This document shows, piece after piece, positions 35,201 through 43,703 of a stretch of DNA of 64,000 bases. Position numbers and translations under genes: made by a program. The notes beneath the pieces were generated by a model. The model searched no databases. It had not been told where the DNA came from and worked only from the letters and a program-made list of their open reading frames with translations. Where the stretch lies: assembly GCA_965369625.1 (NCBI GenBank), contig CBDUQW010000006.1, positions 4,064 through 68,063 on the forward strand, in the 5' to 3' direction. Positions within the stretch are counted from its first letter, which is position 1. The number at the start of each line of letters is the position of its first letter. The stretch is from an uncultured Thermoplasmata archaeon. Its GTDB lineage: Archaea; Thermoplasmatota; DTKX01; GCA-020343715.

Positions 35201-35898
35201 CCCTGGCCGGCGAGGCGGTCCCCGACCAGGTGGGCCTGGTGCTGCGGTTCTCGGCGAACCTGGCCTCCCTCGCCGCACTGGCCGGCAGGGGTGTCGGTCT
35301 GTGGGAGGCCTCCGCGGAGGTGCTGCTGAGGGGCCTGCCTGGTGTCGTGCTGGCCGTTGTGCCCGGCATGGGGGAGCCCCATTGGAGGTGGGTGGAGGTG
35401 ACCCTGTTGCGGGTGAGGTTGCGGGAGACGGCGTCGCCCATGGTGCTGCTGTCCCAGGTGCTGTACGATGCCCGGGGGAAGGACGCGGACCTGGAGTTCG
35501 TGGAGCTGGTCAACCGGGGCGACCGGGTGCTGGACCTGGAGGGATGGTGCATCGAGGACGATGGCGGGCGGCTCGTGGTCAAGGGCCACCACCCGCTGCT
35601 GCCGGGGGACCACCTGCTGGTGGCCCGCAACGGGTCGGCCGTTCGGGAGACGTGGGGCCAGCGGGCCGACGTGGACCGCATGCGGCTCCGCCTGTCCAAC
35701 GAGGGCGACCACGTCAGGCTGCTGGGGCCGGACGGTTCCCTGCTCGACATGGTGGCGTGGGAGGGACACGTGCCGGGCTGGGAGGGGCTGGATGCCGGGG
35801 AGGGGTTCGCCCTCATACGGGCCGAGGGCTCGCTGGAGCGGTGTGAGCCCTCAGCGTGGACGGTGGGTGTGCCGGCACCACGGGGTTCGGTGTGGTGA
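32269..35898 (+). CDS. Large Ala/Leu/Gly-rich membrane-anchored protein with a C-terminal lamin-tail-domain (LTD)-like module
   Basis: N-terminal hydrophobic anchor (AAVLLLVLFTYSMALTG). The C-terminus LLSQVLYDARGKDADLEFVELVNRGDRVLDLEGWCIEDDGG...HLLVARN matches the LTD pattern (EFVEL-N-G...L-GW). The body is low-complexity and Ala-rich. Confidence 0.6.
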   Translation: MVEGREGPLGTFRDGDARLRTPYSASYRWRRDRAGRVSFSSAAVLLLVLFTYSMALTGPNGPWAGDGADDLSLADLEAMLRDGIQQALDAALERAVHAAALADGIDLASALDAAFSSCLPRYLPEEARGWKVDLERARAGLRCSPVPPPGPGLHLAATGPVALVEVSLTAPYFDTARPLRLALVVSGPLSSPNALVARTSSTMAALSDDGGPLAYALRNILWETVQSEVLKGQRGASGSIGPEAVETVFKRVIGDVARGGPPAAPGVPSIDLEALVRQAVEGMLQRNLGWLDEYILGGEVMEWLEELGGLGGLGGLGELGSIRRDLRTLAARRVAEVTIAVLEDAGLGVWAPDREDDLTGTVEAGVDALRGLSDRLQEASAFEGAAARAGREFAQEALTALLGAIPGSLEDGMVEALEGRAAWAFSQVALVVARLGLDCARDALLAIGTCGREVDAGEVGRVDASSSGPRVELGPLNVSTSWSGVVACEPGNLIGPAVRALWEGDGLPEVPMGSMPYRATCLVAVEGTARLVARLGPSAHGDGGGEVVWHVPVDLSVEVPLVSGWPLEGVEYVPSATLAGDLTTVVEAAYGSVGSSFGWLVQRFSDADEWVRTQLLDLAGDMRESLMTESAYTLSQALWSIGDDLVDRKVNDAINRSWDLLMDLFGDDLREALTWEFEVMGIDMRLSVDPAKQQLEVLARRGEVSLLLCVRRLCDPHPPFAARPISGYHWGVFGEARLDTEDGGAVLYLDPLTLEHPSVMTVEARWGDVTNGSGRLLRVEALEARKQRGTTGVSLSQLVGGSALLSMVGGLAVDAGVAVHGDLGEEGAMEEMLSRAVKDAWMATVRGWKVGDLLGGTGRGPDAGAFLETLLRELYFALVERGSGLVEEIEAFVEVDPPDPVWPAVRVSLVVLRPLEVLLPLVEWVRGALPGLVDGAWSGSGGGGSHGGGTGLAAWAAEHVVVRTELSWTVDVPERLRSLAGEAVPDQVGLVLRFSANLASLAALAGRGVGLWEASAEVLLRGLPGVVLAVVPGMGEPHWRWVEVTLLRVRLRETASPMVLLSQVLYDARGKDADLEFVELVNRGDRVLDLEGWCIEDDGGRLVVKGHHPLLPGDHLLVARNGSAVRETWGQRADVDRMRLRLSNEGDHVRLLGPDGSLLDMVAWEGHVPGWEGLDAGEGFALIRAEGSLERCEPSAWTVGVPAPRGSVW

Positions 35899-35924
35899 GG
35901 CTAGTTGGCCTGGGGGGTTCCCGG

Positions 35925-38900
35925 TCACTCGTCATCCCTGGGGGGCCTCGGGGCCGCCGCGGGGGTCTCGTCGTCCCTGGGGGGTCTCGGGGTCTGGTCG
36001 GGCGCCTGTGGCGGTTGTTGTTGGGCCATGACCTTGGCCTGGAGAGCAGAGGGCGGGGCCGGCTGGGCCGGCGGTGCCTGGGCCGGGCCAGTGGAGTAGC
36101 CCATCCTCTTGAGGCGCCTCTTGTACTCGGTGTTCATCAGCATCATGACCACGGGGATGGCGATGAGCACGGCGGCAACCACGAAGATGATGCCCCATAC
36201 GACATCGCTGTTGGCCTCGTAGAAGCCGGGCTCCTCGGGCTCCACCCGCTTCACGGTGAAGTTGACCGTGTAGGCGTTGCCCGCATAGTCCGTCGCGGTG
36301 ATGGTGACCCAGGTGGTCTTGTTCTTGCCGAGGATCACCGGGTGGGAGAACTCGCCCTTGGAGTCGACGTACACTATCTCCGTGGTCTTGTCGGACTCGG
36401 ACCCGTAGCCGATGACGACCGCCGCCGTGGTCTCGGTGTTGCCGATCACGGTGTAGAAGCTGTCCTCGGTCTTGACGATGCCGTTCAGCACATCGTCCAC
36501 GAAGACCTGGGGCTGCTGGGTGTCGAGGGTGACGATGGGGTTGACGGTCCGGGTGTTGCCCGCCTCGTCGCTGATGCGGATGGTGATGACGTTCTCGCCT
36601 TCCTCCATGTGGACCTTGGTGCTGAACCGACCGTCGCTGACCACGACGATCTTGTTCTCGATGTAGAGGGTCACTCCGTTCTCGGTCTGCCCCTCCACGG
36701 TGAGGACGCGGGTGTTGACGATGTCGCCGTCGGCTATCGAGAGGTTCGAGATCACGGGCGGGGTGAGGTCTATGACCAGGGGCACGGTGCGGCTGGCCTT
36801 GTTGCCGGCCCAGTCCGTGGCGTTGATCACCAGGTCGAAGGAGCCCTCCTCGACCACCGTCACGTTGGTCCTGAAGTAGCCCAGCTCGTCGACCTCTATG
36901 CGGATGTCGTTCACGGTGATCTGGTTGAACTCGATGTCCCGGTCGGTCCTGCCCCTCACCACGAAGATGGAGCTGTTGATGAGGCCGCCGTCGGCGGGCT
37001 CGTCGATGTCGATGACCGGCGGGTCGGGGTCGTAGTAGATCTCGTGGTTGACCACCCTGTGGTTCTTGGCAATGTCCACCGCGTCTATGACGAGGATGTT
37101 GTTGCCCTTCACCAGGGATATCCTGGAGGTCCAGACGCCGTTGGAGACCTCTATGGACCTCCCGTTGATGGTCATCGTCACGCCCTCCAGGTCCGTGTAG
37201 CCTCCCATGTCCACCGCGTCCTTGTTGGTGCGGAGGCCGTCCCTCGGCTGGTCCACAACGACGATTGGGGCGATGGAATCGAGGAGGATGTACCGGATGT
37301 CCTTGGCGATGTTGCCAGCGTAGTCGGTGGCGACGGTGACCAGGGTATTGTTGCCCTCGTACAGCGTGAGGGGTTTGTTGAAGGTCCCTCCGGAGAAGGG
37401 CAGGTACTCGCCGTTTATCGTGAGGGTGATCACGTCGGCATCGGTGGTGCCGAGGACGGTTATCTGGGAGCTGTTGGTGATGGTGTTAGGGCCCGGCTGG
37501 ATTATTACCAGCGACGGGGCTGTGGTGTCCACTGTCACGTTCATGATGGTGATGTTGGCGTAGATGCCGCCCGGGTAGTTGGCCCAGTCGAAGGCCCTCA
37601 CGTAGATGGTGTACACGCTGTCCAGGGCGGGGTCCAGGTAGAAGTCCCAGGCGGAGGTCCCGGAGGCGTTGAGCCACACCTTGTTCTTCCACAGCGGCTC
37701 GTCGTCGAAGCTGATCTGCACGACACGGGCGTGGGAGTGGGCGTCCAGGCACGTTCCCCTGATGGTGAGGTTGTCGTAGTTCTGCACGTGGTTGGAGCCG
37801 GGGGAGACCACAGTGAGGTCGGGGGCCTGGTTGTCGAAGAAGACCAGGTTCTCGTTGTAGTCCCTGTCGAAGTCTATCCCGGGGCCGGTCAAGCGCATCT
37901 GACCGCCCACCAGGTAGGCCGTGATGGACCGCCGGATCGTCGACCTGGTCTCGTGGACCATCCAGTCCCATTCCTCGTGACGGCCCAGCCATCCGTCGTA
38001 GTCGGATGTGTAGTAGAACAGCCGGTCCCCCGCGGGGTCCTCGAACTCCACGGTGTTGTGCCGGCAGGGCATGCCGTTCTGCCAGGTGGCGGTGAACTCC
38101 AGGGTGCGGAAGGAGGTGATGAGGTAGGAGCCACCCGAGACGCGGGCCATGGCCTTCCTGTGGGTGGTCCCGTAGATCTCCAGCACGGTGTTGACGGAGG
38201 TGTAGTCCGCCTGGGAGCCCTCGTTCACGTTGTACGAGTCCTCCAACGTCGCGCACAAGAAGTTGCGGAAGGCGAAGCCGCCGCCCTCGTTGTCCTCGAT
38301 GTACAGGTTGCTGAACACGGGGCGGAGCCAGTGGGTCTGGGTGAAGTCGATGACGATGCCCTGGCCACCGTTGCCGATGGAGGTGACGCCCGACACATAC
38401 TTCATGTGATGGATGGAGCAGCCTACGACCAGGTGGACGCCGTCCCCGGTGTTGTTCTTGGCCCACACGTCGTCGACCCGGACCTCCACCACGCGCACCG
38501 TCAGGGAGGCGTAGAGGCCGTGACCCCCGTTCTTATAGACCTCGTTGTCCTTGAGGAAGAACCGGCCCTTGTCGGTGGTGGTGGTCACCCGTATGCCGTC
38601 CTGGAGCGAGCCCGAGGCGTTGTTGCCGTGGCAGATCACCTTGACCTCGGTGTTGTCCATGTCGGGCAGGTTGATGAGGATGCCGTACCCGGAGGCGTTG
38701 GTGACGTTGTTGTGGCTGATGTCCATTCCGCCCTGGTAGGTGCCGGTGGGCTGGACGTTGATCCCCGTGCCACCGGCACGGTGGATGGTGCAGTTCTTCA
38801 CCTGGGTGCTCCACGAGTTGATGAGGATGCCGTCGGTGTGGGTCATGTCGCACTCGTTGATGGCGGTGCGGCCCTCCGACTCCATCTTCCAGTTGCTGCC

Positions 38901-39191
38901 CGAGGAGGTGATGGTCCCGCCCTGTATGGTCAAGCGGGCGTTGGTGGTGGTGGTTATCTTGTGGTCGACGATACCGGTGAACCTGAGGTTCACGTTGCTC
39001 AGGGACAGGTGCCCGTTGCCGATGACCCTCACGCTGCCGGTGATGGTGACCTGCCGGTTGGAGATCGAGGTCGAGTCCGAGATGACCCAATCACCCGAGG
39101 CGGGCGGGTTGGTCTGGGCGGAGGCCGAGAGGGCCACCGCGACGATGGCCAGCAGTGCCACGAGTGCGATCAGTATCAGTGCGCGCTTCAT
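35925..39191 (-). CDS. Giant surface protein A: signal peptide, right-handed parallel beta-helix (pectate-lyase/NosD-like), multiple Ig-like domains, C-terminal transmembrane helix and Pro-rich tail
   Basis: 1088 aa. Signal peptide is followed by AQTNPPASGDW. Beta-helix repeats are present (NCTIHRAGGTGINV, ISHNNVTNASGYGILIN). Ig-like repeats begin with TTAPSLVIIQP, SIAPIVVVDQP, PDPPVIDIDEP, LTPPVISNLS. The transmembrane segment is VVWGIIFVVAAVLIAIPVVMML. Confidence 0.75.
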   Translation of the reverse strand: MKRALILIALVALLAIVAVALSASAQTNPPASGDWVISDSTSISNRQVTITGSVRVIGNGHLSLSNVNLRFTGIVDHKITTTTNARLTIQGGTITSSGSNWKMESEGRTAINECDMTHTDGILINSWSTQVKNCTIHRAGGTGINVQPTGTYQGGMDISHNNVTNASGYGILINLPDMDNTEVKVICHGNNASGSLQDGIRVTTTTDKGRFFLKDNEVYKNGGHGLYASLTVRVVEVRVDDVWAKNNTGDGVHLVVGCSIHHMKYVSGVTSIGNGGQGIVIDFTQTHWLRPVFSNLYIEDNEGGGFAFRNFLCATLEDSYNVNEGSQADYTSVNTVLEIYGTTHRKAMARVSGGSYLITSFRTLEFTATWQNGMPCRHNTVEFEDPAGDRLFYYTSDYDGWLGRHEEWDWMVHETRSTIRRSITAYLVGGQMRLTGPGIDFDRDYNENLVFFDNQAPDLTVVSPGSNHVQNYDNLTIRGTCLDAHSHARVVQISFDDEPLWKNKVWLNASGTSAWDFYLDPALDSVYTIYVRAFDWANYPGGIYANITIMNVTVDTTAPSLVIIQPGPNTITNSSQITVLGTTDADVITLTINGEYLPFSGGTFNKPLTLYEGNNTLVTVATDYAGNIAKDIRYILLDSIAPIVVVDQPRDGLRTNKDAVDMGGYTDLEGVTMTINGRSIEVSNGVWTSRISLVKGNNILVIDAVDIAKNHRVVNHEIYYDPDPPVIDIDEPADGGLINSSIFVVRGRTDRDIEFNQITVNDIRIEVDELGYFRTNVTVVEEGSFDLVINATDWAGNKASRTVPLVIDLTPPVISNLSIADGDIVNTRVLTVEGQTENGVTLYIENKIVVVSDGRFSTKVHMEEGENVITIRISDEAGNTRTVNPIVTLDTQQPQVFVDDVLNGIVKTEDSFYTVIGNTETTAAVVIGYGSESDKTTEIVYVDSKGEFSHPVILGKNKTTWVTITATDYAGNAYTVNFTVKRVEPEEPGFYEANSDVVWGIIFVVAAVLIAIPVVMMLMNTEYKRRLKRMGYSTGPAQAPPAQPAPPSALQAKVMAQQQPPQAPDQTPRPPRDDETPAAAPRPPRDDE

Positions 39192-42100
39192 CAGTATCCA
39201 CCTCCCTCGCGGTACTGTTCATCATCGTAATGGGCCTGGTCGTAGTCGTAAAGACCCTCCCGGTCCGCCTTGCTGTCGTAGTCCTCCAGCTCGGGGTGCT
39301 CCTGGAGGAACTTGCCCCTCTGCCAGATCACGGTCAACGGGATGACGATGGCGATCGCGATGATTATCCCGAAGACCCACCAGAAGCCCTTGAGCTGCTG
39401 GCCGAGGGTCTCATCTTCGTCCGCCTCGGTGGCGTAGGTGATGTGGAGCAGGTCGGTGGCGGTGTTGCCCGCGCGGTCGGTGACGACGACCTCGATGTTG
39501 TTGAGGCCCGGTACCAGGGGAACGTTGGTCTGGTAGGTCCCCGTCTCGGGGGTCACCAGGACCTGCCTGCTGTTGATCGTCAGGGTGACGATGCCCAGGT
39601 CCTCGACCTTGCCGGAGATGGTAACGGTGTCCTCGTACACCGTGACCTCCATCGCGTTGTTCATCTTGGGGTTGAAGTACTTCATCTCGGGGGACCGGGG
39701 GTCCACGTCCAGGATGTATATGACCCGCATCTTGTTGCCCGCGATGTCGGTGGCGTAGAAGCTGATGGTGTTCTCGCCCTCGTCCAGGTTGAAGTCCCTG
39801 AAGAAATCGGTCTTCGAGCCCTCCTCCATGATGGCCGACCTGTTGTCGGACCCCACCTGGATCCACATCTCCCGCATGTCCTCCCGGGCGAGGCGGCCAC
39901 GGAAGGTCACGGAGCGCTCGTTGATGACCAGGTCGTCCGTCATCTCCCATACCCTGCCGCCGATCTTCGTCGAGCTGACCGTCAGGTCCACCAGCATGGG
40001 CGGGGTGACGTCCACGTGGATGTTGCGGGTGGTCATGTTGTAGTTGCCGGCGGGGTCCTCCACCTCGATGGTCAGGACCTGGTCGCCCTCCAGCATGTTG
40101 ACCTCCACGGCGAAGGTACCCTTCTCCACGTCGAAGATGAAGCCGTTGATCTTGACCTTGGTCACCTCGGTGTCGGTCCGTCCGGCCACGTAGACCCTCT
40201 GGTCGTTGGTGGGCTTGGGGTCGAAGGGTGGCACGATGTCCTCCAGCACCGGCGGGGTGATGTCGAACTTGACGTGCCGCTGCTGCTCGTTGACGTTGCC
40301 GGCCTCGTCCTCGGCGATGATGGTGATGGTGTGGACGCCCTCGTCCTTGATGTGCTGCACGAAGTAGAACCGTGTGCCTCCACGGTCCTCCACCTTCGTG
40401 GGCTGCCCGTCGTCCAGCTTGACGAACACCTTGGCCGTCTGCTCCGTGTCCCCGGAGACCTCGAAGTCGTTCTCCCTGGAGCTGAAACCCGTTCGAGGTG
40501 TCGAGATTATCAGGGTGGGCTCCTGGGTGTCCAGCACGATCTGCCGGGTCACCACTGCGATGTTGCCCGCGGTGTCCTCGGCTATGATCAGGAAGGTGTT
40601 GGTCCCCTCGATTAGGGTGGCGTTGAACGTGAAGGTGTTACCGATTATCTGCAGGGGGATGTCGTTGATGGTCAGCTTGCGGATGTTGCTGGACCGCTCG
40701 GTGTGGCCGATGATGTCGTACAGCCTCTTGTTCGTCACCGAGAAGGGGTCCTCGGGGTCGAGGACCTGCAGGTAGGGGGGCTCGGTGTCGATCTTGACGT
40801 TCTTGATGGTGACCAGCGCGAAGCTCAGGTTCTCTATCGGATACCTGGCCACGTCCCACCCACGGATGGAGATGGTGTACACGCCGTCGGTCAGGTCGTC
40901 GATCTCCACCTGGAAGCCGGACCTGGACTGCCCCCTCTTGGGGGGCACCTGCACCGCCTGGTACCAGACCACGTTGTCCAGGGTGACCTCCACGGCGCGC
41001 ACGCCGCTGTGCACGTCCCGGATCTCGCCCTGTATGATCAGGGAGCCCGATTTCTGCACCGTGTCGTCTCCGGGGGTGTTGATCACCAGGGTTGGCACGT
41101 CGGGGTCCTCGATGCCGACCTTCGACACGTTGAAGTCGAACCACAGGCTGTTGAGGGTCTCGCCACGGACGGTGAGGAAGGCCTGCAGCTCGTCGTTGCG
41201 CAGGGGGTTGTTGTTCTCGTCCTTCTCCCAGAAGGGCACCATCGCGTGGGTCAGGTTCCCGTACGCATCCGTCCTGCCGGTGAAGACCTCCACCTGGGGC
41301 GCCCGGTAGCGCTTGATGAGGACGGTCTGGTTGGCGATGGGCTCCAGGTTCTGCCAGGCCACCAGGCTGATGTTCAGCCACTGGTAGTAGAAGACGCCGA
41401 TCTTTATGCCGCTGCCCATGGTCTGGGCGGAGAGGTCTGGGAGGGTGCAGTACCTTAGGTGGATGTTGCTGTCCCGGGCCACCACGCTCGGGCCGACACC
41501 GGTCAGGTTGCAGTACCTTGCATCGACCTCGCAGTACTGGGCATCGAGGGAGGTGCCGGGCTCCGTGATGTAGGAGTTGCGCAGGTTCAGTTCCCACCGC
41601 TTGTTCTCGTCCACGCCCTGCAGGACAAGGCCGGTGGCGCCGGCCGCGCTGCCGCCGGTGTACTCGACGCGCACGCGGTTCAGGGTCGCCTTCGGGTTGA
41701 AGCTGGCGGCGGCCAGCCGGATGGTGATCGCCACGTCGTTGGGCGAGTTGTCGATGGCGGTGAGGCCGTCGAGCTTGAAGTTGATGTTCCCCAGCTGGGA
41801 GTTCGAGTGGATGTACACGCCGCCATCGTCGTTCTCGTTCGCCTGGACGTTCTTGATGTCGTACACCGACCTCTGGGCGTTGGCACCGTAGTCGTCCATG
41901 ATGAAGACGCCGTACTCGGTGTTCACGTTGAAGTTGCAGTTGTGGAGGGAGTACCTGGTGTCGGTGGCGGTGTTCACGGCCAGGGTCCCGCCCATGTCGA
42001 TGCCCAGGCCGTTGCCCATGTTGTTGGTGACGATGGTGTCCGCCACCTTGACGTCGAGGGTCCCGGTGAGGCCGCTGCCGGTGAGGGAGATGGCACCCTC

Positions 42101-43528
42101 GTCGTTCCATACATCGGGTCGGTTGCGGGTGAGGGTCGAGTTCTCCACCAGGAGGGTCACGTCGCCGCCGATGGACACGGCGTTGACCATCAGGCCGGCT
42201 CCCCGGTTGTTCGTGAAGGTGTTGGACCTGGTGGCCAGCACCTCGAGGTCGCCGGTGCGGCTCTGGGCGTCTATGTACACGCCCCTGGCGTGGTTGCGCA
42301 GGAAGTTGTTCTGCTGCAGTATGACGGTGAGGTCGCCGGACCCGGATGGGGCAAATATGGCGAGGCCGCAGTCCTCGAGGCCAGTGGTGGTCATCTCGCC
42401 GTTGTCGTTGAAGTCGTTCTCGGACACGTTGATGTCGCAGTCGCGGGAGACGGCGTTCAGCACGAACATCGCGCCGCCCTTGGCGTTGCTGGACATGTTG
42501 TTGTCGATGATGACGTCGAAGGTCATCTTGCCCCCGGTGGTGGAGGTGCTGACGATCATGTACAGGCCGTAGTTGGAGGTGAAGACGTCGTTGAGCTTGA
42601 TGTTGGCACCGAAGGACTGGTAGCCGTAGATGCCAGCCACGCTGTACCTGTAGAACCTCTGGTTGACGGTGTTGCACCCGTCCATGAAGGTGTCGGAGGG
42701 CACGTCGAGCACACCGGTGTCGGTCACGGTGCTGCTCTCCACGTCCAGCCGGGTCGAGCGGGCGGCCACGGCGTGGGCTATGACCTGGTAATCGTTGGCG
42801 TTGGTGGAGGCGCCCCCGTAGTACACCGAGGTCATGGTGTCGAACTCGCCGATGTTCGTGAAGTCGTTGTACTCCAGCCTCGCCGGGGCGTTGTCAAGCA
42901 GGACGCCGAAGGCAACGGCGGACCACTTGGTGGTCGAGGGGTCCGAGGTGACCTGCGAGTAGGCCCTGACGTCGTAGATCACGTCGGAGATGGTGTTACC
43001 GTAGAGGAAGGGGCTGCAACCGCTGATGTAGACCATGGTCAGCAGGCCCTTGCTCAGGGTGCAGTTGCCGATATACACGTTGTTGGAGTAGATCTGGATG
43101 CCGCCCACCATGTTGGTAAGGTCCGGCGACCGTCCCGTGGAGGCGTCGAAGGCCTGTCCCTGGCCCCAGGTGTCGGTCACGGTGACGCCTTCCAAGACCG
43201 CGGCCCCGCTCAGGATGACCTTGTACCTGTACATCGATTGGCCAGCGGTGATGGAACCGCCGTCCATGGTGAGCTTGCCGCCGGTGTTCACGCGGATGGT
43301 GTACTGTCCGTCCACGGTGCAATTCATCACGAGGTCGATGTCGGTCAGTTCGAGCCAACCTCCTGATAGGACCGTGATGTTGCCATTCACGTTCGTGTCC
43401 GTGGACCAGGTGGTGTGACCGCCAACGTCCAAGTCACCAGGGATGTCTAGGGCGGACACGGTGCCGGCCAGGGCGCACACCGCGAACGCCAGTGCGATAA
43501 TAAGATAGGGCCAGTGGGGAAACCTCAT
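39191..43528 (-). CDS. Giant surface protein B: beta-helix/Ig-like paralogue
   Basis: Start at MRFPHWPYLIIALAFAVCALAGTVSA (internal Met of the listed ORF). Pectin-lyase-like beta-helix repeats are followed by Ig-like modules (TEPPYLQVLDP, TQEPTLIISTP, ITPPVLEDIVP, VTPPMLVDLTV). C-terminal transmembrane helix plus an acidic/Tyr-rich tail. Its stop abuts or overlaps the gene A start. Confidence 0.7.
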   Translation of the reverse strand: MRFPHWPYLIIALAFAVCALAGTVSALDIPGDLDVGGHTTWSTDTNVNGNITVLSGGWLELTDIDLVMNCTVDGQYTIRVNTGGKLTMDGGSITAGQSMYRYKVILSGAAVLEGVTVTDTWGQGQAFDASTGRSPDLTNMVGGIQIYSNNVYIGNCTLSKGLLTMVYISGCSPFLYGNTISDVIYDVRAYSQVTSDPSTTKWSAVAFGVLLDNAPARLEYNDFTNIGEFDTMTSVYYGGASTNANDYQVIAHAVAARSTRLDVESSTVTDTGVLDVPSDTFMDGCNTVNQRFYRYSVAGIYGYQSFGANIKLNDVFTSNYGLYMIVSTSTTGGKMTFDVIIDNNMSSNAKGGAMFVLNAVSRDCDINVSENDFNDNGEMTTTGLEDCGLAIFAPSGSGDLTVILQQNNFLRNHARGVYIDAQSRTGDLEVLATRSNTFTNNRGAGLMVNAVSIGGDVTLLVENSTLTRNRPDVWNDEGAISLTGSGLTGTLDVKVADTIVTNNMGNGLGIDMGGTLAVNTATDTRYSLHNCNFNVNTEYGVFIMDDYGANAQRSVYDIKNVQANENDDGGVYIHSNSQLGNINFKLDGLTAIDNSPNDVAITIRLAAASFNPKATLNRVRVEYTGGSAAGATGLVLQGVDENKRWELNLRNSYITEPGTSLDAQYCEVDARYCNLTGVGPSVVARDSNIHLRYCTLPDLSAQTMGSGIKIGVFYYQWLNISLVAWQNLEPIANQTVLIKRYRAPQVEVFTGRTDAYGNLTHAMVPFWEKDENNNPLRNDELQAFLTVRGETLNSLWFDFNVSKVGIEDPDVPTLVINTPGDDTVQKSGSLIIQGEIRDVHSGVRAVEVTLDNVVWYQAVQVPPKRGQSRSGFQVEIDDLTDGVYTISIRGWDVARYPIENLSFALVTIKNVKIDTEPPYLQVLDPEDPFSVTNKRLYDIIGHTERSSNIRKLTINDIPLQIIGNTFTFNATLIEGTNTFLIIAEDTAGNIAVVTRQIVLDTQEPTLIISTPRTGFSSRENDFEVSGDTEQTAKVFVKLDDGQPTKVEDRGGTRFYFVQHIKDEGVHTITIIAEDEAGNVNEQQRHVKFDITPPVLEDIVPPFDPKPTNDQRVYVAGRTDTEVTKVKINGFIFDVEKGTFAVEVNMLEGDQVLTIEVEDPAGNYNMTTRNIHVDVTPPMLVDLTVSSTKIGGRVWEMTDDLVINERSVTFRGRLAREDMREMWIQVGSDNRSAIMEEGSKTDFFRDFNLDEGENTISFYATDIAGNKMRVIYILDVDPRSPEMKYFNPKMNNAMEVTVYEDTVTISGKVEDLGIVTLTINSRQVLVTPETGTYQTNVPLVPGLNNIEVVVTDRAGNTATDLLHITYATEADEDETLGQQLKGFWWVFGIIIAIAIVIPLTVIWQRGKFLQEHPELEDYDSKADREGLYDYDQAHYDDEQYREGGGY

Positions 43529-43703
43529 AGTGACCACTGGTCCGCAAACCGGTGGGTTTGTATAAATACTTTCGCTTGACGTTGACGCGGGGGCAGAGGT
43601 ACTGGCACCCCGTTCACCGGGGTCCTCCGGGGCCACGTTGGAGCAGTCTTCGACATGTACGCCGTCGGCCACCTCTCGTGGTGCTGCCGAGCCCGCCGCC
43701 CCT

